A DNA stretch of 64,000 nt from the human T2T-CHM13v2.0 reference genome, Homo sapiens: the NCBI RefSeq assembly GCF_009914755.1, contig NC_060948.1, one strand, 5' to 3'. The notes under the pieces were generated by a model that saw only the letters and a list, made by a program, of their open reading frames with translations, searched no databases and was not told the DNA's origin. Shown piece after piece: positions 56,865 to 64,000 of this stretch; within the stretch, counting starts at the first letter, position 1, and each line of letters begins with the position of its first letter. Both the position numbers and the translations under genes were made by a program.

Positions 56865-59800
56865 ACGGAATGGAATGGACAGCCACGGAATGGAATGCAC
56901 TCGAATGCAATGGAGTCGAAACTAATGGACTGGAATAGAATGGACTCGACTGGTACGGACTCCAATGGAATGGAATCGAATGGAAGGGAATCGAACGGAA
57001 TGGACTCGAAGGGAAAAGACTGCAATGGAAAGGTCTCGAATGGAATGGAAATTAATGGAATGGAATGGAATCGAATGAAATGGAGTCAAAAGGAATGGAA
57101 TCGAATGGCAAGAAATCGAATGTAATGGAATCGCAAGGAATTGATGTGAACGGAACGGAATGGAATGGAATCCAAAGGAATGGAATAGAATGGAATGGAA
57201 TCGAATGGAAAGGACTCGAATGGAAATCACTCGAATAGAATGCAATTTAATAAAATAGGATCAAATGTAATGGAATGGAATGGAAAGGAATCGAAACGAA
57301 AGGAATGGAGACAGATGGAATGGAATAGAACAGAGAGCAATGGTATAGAATGGAATGGAATCATCTGGAATGGAATTGAATGGAATGGAATAATATGAAA
57401 TGGAATGGAATGGAATGGAATGGAATGCCCTTGAATTAAATGGACTGGAATGGAATGGACTCGAACAGAGTGGAATGGAAAGTGTTGAGATAGAATGGAA
57501 TGGACTCCTTTGGAATGGTGTAGTATGCAATGCAATCGACTGGCAGGGAATCAAAAGGAATGTAATGGAATGGACTGGACTGGAATGCAATGGACTCGAA
57601 TAGATTGGAAACGGAATGCAAAGGAATGGAATGGAATAGTATGGAATGGAATGGAAAGGAATGGAGTGGAATAGACTAGAGTGGAATGGAATGGACTGGA
57701 AAGCAATGGACTGGAATGGAACTTTCTTGAATGGACTGAAATCAAACGGAATGGAATGCAATGCAATCAAATGGCATGGAATAAAATAGAATGAAAGAGA
57801 ATCAAATGGAATTGAATCGAATGGAATCGAATGGATTGGAAAGGAATAGAATGGAATTGAATGGAATGGACTCAAATGGAATGGACTAGAATGGAATGGA
57901 TTCGAATGGAAGGCAAAGGAATGGAATCTATTGGAATGGACTGTAATGGAATGGAATGGAAGGGATTGGAATGGACTCGAATGGAATGGACTGCAATAGA
58001 AAGGATTCGAATGGAATGAAAAAGAATTGAATGGAATAGAACAGAATGGAATCAAATCGAATGAAATGGAATGGAATAGAAAGGAATGGAATGAAATGGA
58101 ATGGAAAGGATTCGAATGGAATGCAATCGAATGGAATGGAATCGAACGGAATGGAATAAAATGGAAGAAAACTGGCAAGAAATGGAATCGAAATGAATGG
58201 AGTGTTATGGAACGGACTCAAAAGGAATTGAATGTAATAGAATGGAGTGGAGTGGACTCGAATATAATGGACTGGAATGGAATGAAATCACATGGAATGG
58301 GAACGAATGGAATGGAATGGAAAGGAATGGAATCGAATGGAAAGGAATCGAATGGAAGGGAATGAAATTGAATCAACAGGAATGGAAGGGAATAGAATAG
58401 ACGGTAATGGAATGGACTCGAATAGAATGGACACGAATGCTCAAATTGAATGGACTCGAATGGAATGGAAACGAAAGGAATGTCATCGAATGGAATTGAA
58501 TCGATTGGAATGAAATCGCATAGAATGGAGTGGAATCAAATGGAATTGAATCGAAAGGAAAGGAAGCGAATGGACTGAAATGAAATGGAATGGAATTGAA
58601 TGGAAAGTAATGCAATGGAATAGAATGGAACGAAATTTCACGGAATGGAATCAAACTGAATGGAATCAAATCAATGGAATCAAATCAAATGGAATGGAAA
58701 GGAATTGAATGGAGTAGATTGGATTGGACGGGATTGGAATGAAATGTACTGGAAAGGACTCGAATTTCATGAAACGGAATGGAATGAATTGGAACGGAAT
58801 GGACTCGAATGGAATGGAATGTCATGGAATGGCATCAAATGGAATGGCATCAAATGGAATGGAATCGAATGCAATGGAATGCTATGGAATGGAATGGAAT
58901 GCATTGGAATGGAATGTCCTCTAATGGAATGGATTCGAGTGGAATGGAATCGAATATAATGGAGTCGAATGAAATGGAATTGAAAGGAATGGGATCGAAT
59001 TCAATGGAATATACTGGAATGTAATGTAATGAACTCGAATGTAATTGACTGGAATGGAATGTACATGAATGGAATGTAATCGAATGGAAAGTAATCCAAT
59101 GGAATAGAATCTAATGCAATAAAATCGACTCAGATAGAGTAGAATGTAATGGAATGGAGTGCAGTGCAATGGAATGGAATGGAATGGAATGCAATTGAAT
59201 GGAATGGAATGGAATGGAATGGAATGGAATGGAATGGAATGGGATGGAATGGTATGGAATGGATAGTAATGGACTGGAGTGAAATGGACTGGAAAGGAAT
59301 GGACTCAAATTGAAAGGGCTCGAAAGGAATGGAGTCAAATGGAATGGTCTGGAATGGAATGAACACGAATGTAATGCAATCCAATAGAATGGAATCGAAT
59401 GGCATGGAATATAAAGAAATGGAATCGGAGAGAATGGAAACAAATGGAGTGGAATTGAATGGAATGGAATTGAATGGAATGGGAACGAATGGAGTGAAAT
59501 TGTATGCAGTAGAAGGGAATAGAATGGAATGCAAGCGAAAGGAAAGGAATGGATTGGAATGGAATGGAATTCATTGGAATGGAAGGGAATGTAGTGTAAT
59601 GGACAGGCCTGGAATAAAGTGGAATGCTACGGTCTCGAATGGAATAAAAATGTATGGAATGGAATGCAATGAAATGGAATCGAATGTCATAGAATGTAAT
59701 GGAATGCAACAAAATGGAATCCAAAATCATTGACTGGAAAGGCTGGGTGTCGAAAGGAATTGACTCCAATGGAATGGAATCGAATGGAATGGAAGTGAAT

Positions 59801-60433
59801 AGAATCGAACTAAATCGAATGGAATGGAATTGATAGGAACGGAATGGAAAGGAATGCAATGATTTGGCATGGAATGGAATCGAATGGCATCGAATGGAAT
59901 GGAATGGAATGCAATGGAATGGAATGTATTAGAATGTAATGAACTTTAATGGAATGTACTCGAATGGATTCGACTGGAATGGAATGTTCTGGAAGTGAAT
60001 GGACTCCAATGGAATGGATTCAAAAGGAATGGAATCGTACGGAATGGAATCTAATGGAATGGAATTAAATGGAAATGAATCAAATTGAATAGCACGGAAT
60101 TGAATTGAATGGAATGGAATGCAATGGAATCTAACGAAACGGAAAGGAAAGGAATGCAATGGAATGGAATGGGCTGGAATGGAAAGGAATTGAAACGAAT
60201 GGAATGGAATCGAACTGAAGAGACTGGAATGGAATGCACTGGAATGGAAGGGAGTGTAATGGAAGGTTCTCGAAAAAAATGGAATCGAATGGAATGGAAT
60301 TGAATGGAACGGAATAGAGTCGAATGGAATTGAATGGAATGGAATGGACTAGAGTGAAATGGAATCGAACCACAAGGAATGGACAGGAATAGAATGGTCT
60401 CGAATTGAATGGAATCGTATGGAATGGCATCAA
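56865..60433 (+). repeat. DYZ1 unit 17 (3569 bp)
   Basis: Anchor recurs at 56865. Extra EcoRI site at 58997-59002. Confidence 0.9.
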
Positions 60434-63400
60434 ACGGAATGGAATGGACAGCCACGGAATGGAATGCACTCGAATGCAATGGAGTCGAAACTAATGGACT
60501 GGAATAGAATGGACTCGACTGGTACGGACTCCAATGGAATGGAATCGAATGGAAGGGAATCGAACGGAATGGACTCGAAGGGAAAAGACTGCAATGGAAA
60601 GGTCTCGAATGGAATGGAAATTAATGGAATGGAATGGAATCGAATGAAATGGAGTCAAAAGGAATGGAATCGAATGGCAAGAAATCGAATGTAATGGAAT
60701 CGCAAGGAATTGATGTGAACGGAACGGAATGGAATGGAATCCAAAGGAATGGAATAGAATGGAATGGAATTGAATGGAAAGGACTCGAATGGAAATCACT
60801 CGAATAGAATGCAATTTAATAAAATAGGATCAAATGTAATGGAATGGAATGGAAAGGAATCGAAACGAAAGGAATGGAGACAGATGGAATGGAATGGAAC
60901 AGAGAGCAATGGTATAGAATGGAATGGAATCATCTGGAAAGGAATTGAATGGAATGGAATAATATGAAATGGAATGGAATGGAATGGAATGGAATGCCCT
61001 TGAATTAAATGGACTGGAATGGAATGGACTCGAACAGAGTGGAATGGAAAGTGTTGAGATAGAATGGAATGGACTCCTTTGGAATGGTGTAGTATGCAAT
61101 GCAATCGACTGGCAGGGAATCAAAAGGAATGTAATCGAATGGATTGGACTGGAATGCAATGGACTCGAATAGATTGGAAACGGAATGCAAAGGAATGGAA
61201 TGGAATAGTATGGAATGGAATGGAAAGGAATGGAGTGGAATAGACTAGAGTGGAATGGAATGGACTGGAAAGCAATGGACTGGAATGGAACTTTCTTGAA
61301 TGGACTGGAATCAAACGGAATGGAATGCAATGCAATCAAATGGCATGGAATAAAATAGAATGAAAGAGAATCAAATGGAATTGAATCGAATGGAATCGAA
61401 TGGATTGGAAAGGAATAGAATGGAATGGAATGGAATGGACTCAAATGGAATGGACTAGAATGGAATGGATTCGAATGGAAGGCAAAGGAATGGAATCTAT
61501 TGGAATGGACTGTAATGGAATGGAATGGAAGGGATTGGAATGGACTCGAATGGAATGGACTGCAATAGAAAGGATTCGAATGGAATGAAAAAGAATTGAA
61601 TGGAATAGAACAGAATGGAATCAAATCGAATGAAATGGAATGGAATAGAAAGGAATGGAATGAAATGGAATGGAAAGGATTCGAATGGAATGCAATCGAA
61701 TGGAATGGAATCGAACGGAATGGAATAAAATGGAAGAAAACTGGCAAGAAATGGAATCGAAATGAATGGAGTGTTATGGAACGGACTCAAAAGGAATTGA
61801 ATGTAATAGAATGGAGTGGAGTGGACTCGAATATAATGGACTGGAATGGAATGAAATCACATGGAATGGGAACGAATGGAATGGAATGGAAAGGAATGGA
61901 ATCGAATGGAAAGGAATCGAATGGAAGGGAATGAAATTGAATCAACAGGAATGGAAGGGAATAGAATAGACGGTAATGGAATGGACTCGAATAGAATGGA
62001 CACGAATGCTCAAATTGAATGGACTCGAATGGAATGGAAACGAAAGGAATGTCATCGAATGGAATTGAATCGATTGGAATGAAATCGCATAGAATGGAGT
62101 GGAATCAAATGGAATTGAATCGAAAGGAAAGGAAGCGAATGGACTGAAATGAAATGGAATGGAATTGAATGGAAAGTAATGCAATGGAATAGAATGGAAC
62201 GAAATTTCACGGAATGGAATCAAACTGAATGGAATCAAATCAATGGAATCTAATCAAATGGAATGGAAAGGAATTGAATGGAGTAGATTGGATTGGATGG
62301 GATTGGAATGAAATGTACTGGAAAGGACTCGAATTTCATGAAACGGAATGGAATGAATTGGAACGGAACGGACTCGAATGGAATGGAATGTCATGGAATG
62401 GCATCAAATGGAATGGCATCAAATGGAATGGAATCGAATGCAATGGAATGCTATGGAATGGAATGGAATGCATTTTAATGGAATGTCCTCTAATGGAATG
62501 GATTCGAGTGGAATGGAATCGAATATAATGGAGTCGAATGAAATGGAATTGAAAGGAATGGGATCGAATACAATGGAATATACTGGAATGTAATGTAATG
62601 AACTCGAATGTAATTGACTGGAATGGAATGTACATGAATGGAATGTAATCGAATGGAAATTAATCCAATGGAATAGAATCTAATGCAATAAAATCGACTC
62701 AGATAGAGTAGAATGTAATGGAATGGAGTGCAGTGCAATGGAATGGAATGGAATGGAATGCAATGGAATGGAATGGAATGGAATGGAATGGAATGGAATG
62801 GTATGGAATGGTGTGGAATGGATAGTAATGGACTGGAGTGAAATGGACTGGAAAGGAATGGACTCAAATTGAAAGGGCTCGAAAGGAATGGAGTCAAATG
62901 GAATGGTCTGGAATGGAATGAACACGAATGTAATGCAATCCAATAGAATGGAATCGAATGGCATGGAATATAAAGAAATGGAATCGAAGAGAATGGAAAC
63001 AAATGGAATGGAATTGAATGGAATGGAATTGAATGGAATGGGAACGAATGGAGTGAAATTGTATGCAGTAGAAGGGAATAGAATGGAATGCAAGCGAAAG
63101 GAAAGGAATGGATTGGAATGGAATGGAATTCATTGGAATGGAAGGGAATGTAGTGTAATGGACAGGCCTGGAATAAAGTGGAATGCTACGGTCTCGAATG
63201 GAATAAAAATGTATGGAATGGAATGCAATGAAACGGAATCGAATGTCATAGAATGTAATGGAATGCAAAAAAATGGAATCCAAAATCATTGACTGGAAAG
63301 GCTGGGTGTCGAAAGGAATTGACTGCAATGGAATGGAATCGAATGGAATGGAAGTGAATAGAATCGAACTAAATCGAATGGAATGGAATTGATAGGAACG

Positions 63401-63977
63401 GAATGGAAAGGAATGCAATGATTTGGCATGGAATGGAATCGAATGGCATCGAATGGAATGGAATGGAATGTATTAGAATGTAATGAACTTTAATGGAATG
63501 TACTCGAATGGATTCGACTGGAATGGAATGTTCTGGAAGTGAATGGACTCCAATGGAATGGATTCAAAAGGAATGGAATCGTACGGAATGGAATCTAATG
63601 GAATGGAATTAAATGGAAATGAATCAAATTGAATAGCACGGAATTGAATTGAATGGAATCGAATGCAATGGAATCTAATGAAACGGAAAGGAAAGGAATG
63701 GAATGGAATGGAATGGGCTGGAATGGAAAGGAATCGAAACGAATGGAATGGAATCGAACTGAAGAGACTGGAATGGAATGCACTGGAATGGAAGGGAGTG
63801 TAATGGAAGGTTCTCAAGAAAAATGGAATCGAATGGAATGGAATTGAATGGAACGGAATAGAGTCGAATGGAATTGAATGGAATGGAATGGACTAGAGTG
63901 AAATGGAATCGAACCACAAGGAATGGAGAGGAATAGAATGGTCTCGAATTGAATGGAATCGTATGGAATGGCATCAA
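60434..63977 (+). repeat. DYZ1 unit 18 (3544 bp)
   Basis: Anchor recurs at 60434 and again at 63978, the start of a truncated unit 19. Carries the 15-bp deletion near 63470. Confidence 0.9.
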
Positions 63978-64000
63978 ACGGAATGGAATGGACAGCCACG

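Larger units (their letters stand above)
1..64000 (+). repeat. DYZ1: Human Satellite III (HSat3) array, DYZ1-type (Yq12), (GGAAT)n-derived, ~3.55 kb higher-order tandem unit, 18 copies head-to-tail
   Basis: Seen: GGAAT and variants (CGAAT, GGACT, GCAAT, TGAAT, AGAAT, GTAAT) throughout. Unique landmarks such as GGACAGCCACG, GGACAGGCCTGGAATAAAGTGG and GGCTGGGTGTCG recur every 3538-3570 bp. One GGCC and one conserved GAATTC per unit. Established: DYZ1 is a ~3.56 kb pentamer-based HaeIII/EcoRI repeat of Yq12; 3564 bp equals 713 pentamers minus 1 bp, as in units 4, 12 and 16 here. Confidence 0.96.

Noticed and set aside
2767-59002. Extra EcoRI sites in unit 1 (2767-2772) and unit 17 (58997-59002)
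   Set aside because: Single private substitutions, useful only as RFLP markers.
363-61747. Long minus-strand ORFs (379 aa at 363-1502; a 305 aa ORF recurring in 11 units) rich in IPFHS
   Set aside because: (ATTCC)n has no stop codon in any frame, so long ORFs are expected. They are low-complexity, have no recognisable domain, and are freely truncated in units 2, 3, 5, 6, 7 and 11.
31-63847. Plus-strand MEWNG-repeat ORFs of 60-189 aa
   Set aside because: Direct translation of (GGAAT)n, with ATG created at most pentamer junctions. They overlap in all frames and show no gene structure.
1-64000. CRISPR-like or other repeat-spacer array
   Set aside because: There is no constant repeat alternating with unique spacers. 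The apparently unique stretches are mutated pentamers that recur in every 3.55 kb unit.
1-64000. HSat2 assignment, suggested by frequent ATCGAAT, or a ~1.77 kb half-unit
   Set aside because: GGAAT runs dominate, HSat2-type GAATCATC motifs are rare, and landmarks recur only at ~3.55 kb. I saw no landmark match at a half-unit offset.
1-64000. Inversion, DYZ2 (HSat1B) block or transposon insertion hidden in the array
   Set aside because: The + strand stays GGAAT-oriented on every line, and all 18 unit lengths are fully accounted for by small indels, leaving no room for an insertion.

Overview
The whole 64 kb window is one uninterrupted, single-orientation human Satellite III array: degenerate (GGAAT)n on the + strand, (ATTCC)n on the - strand. 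It is organised as a ~3.55 kb higher-order tandem unit that matches DYZ1 of the Yq12 heterochromatin (one HaeIII/StuI site and one conserved EcoRI site per unit, unit length 3538-3570 bp). Taking position 1 as the phase, the window holds exactly 18 units plus 23 bp. I see no genes, RNA genes, CRISPR arrays, Alu/L1 insertions, DYZ2 blocks or inversions, and every ORF in the track is a translation artefact of the pentamer. I did not find a new protein-coding system. The non-trivial signal is in the repeat architecture. (1) Each unit carries three perfect in-register nGAAnnTTCnnGAAn heat-shock elements. (2) There is a nested duplication history with 7,113, 10,647 and 17,760 bp offsets (pattern X-Y-Y-X-Y). 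(3) All unit-length variation is explained by four pentamer-multiple indel loci plus two 1-bp indels. (4) Several units are mosaics. (5) Four independent GG>TT doublet substitutions occur. All comparisons were made by eye and should be confirmed by alignment.
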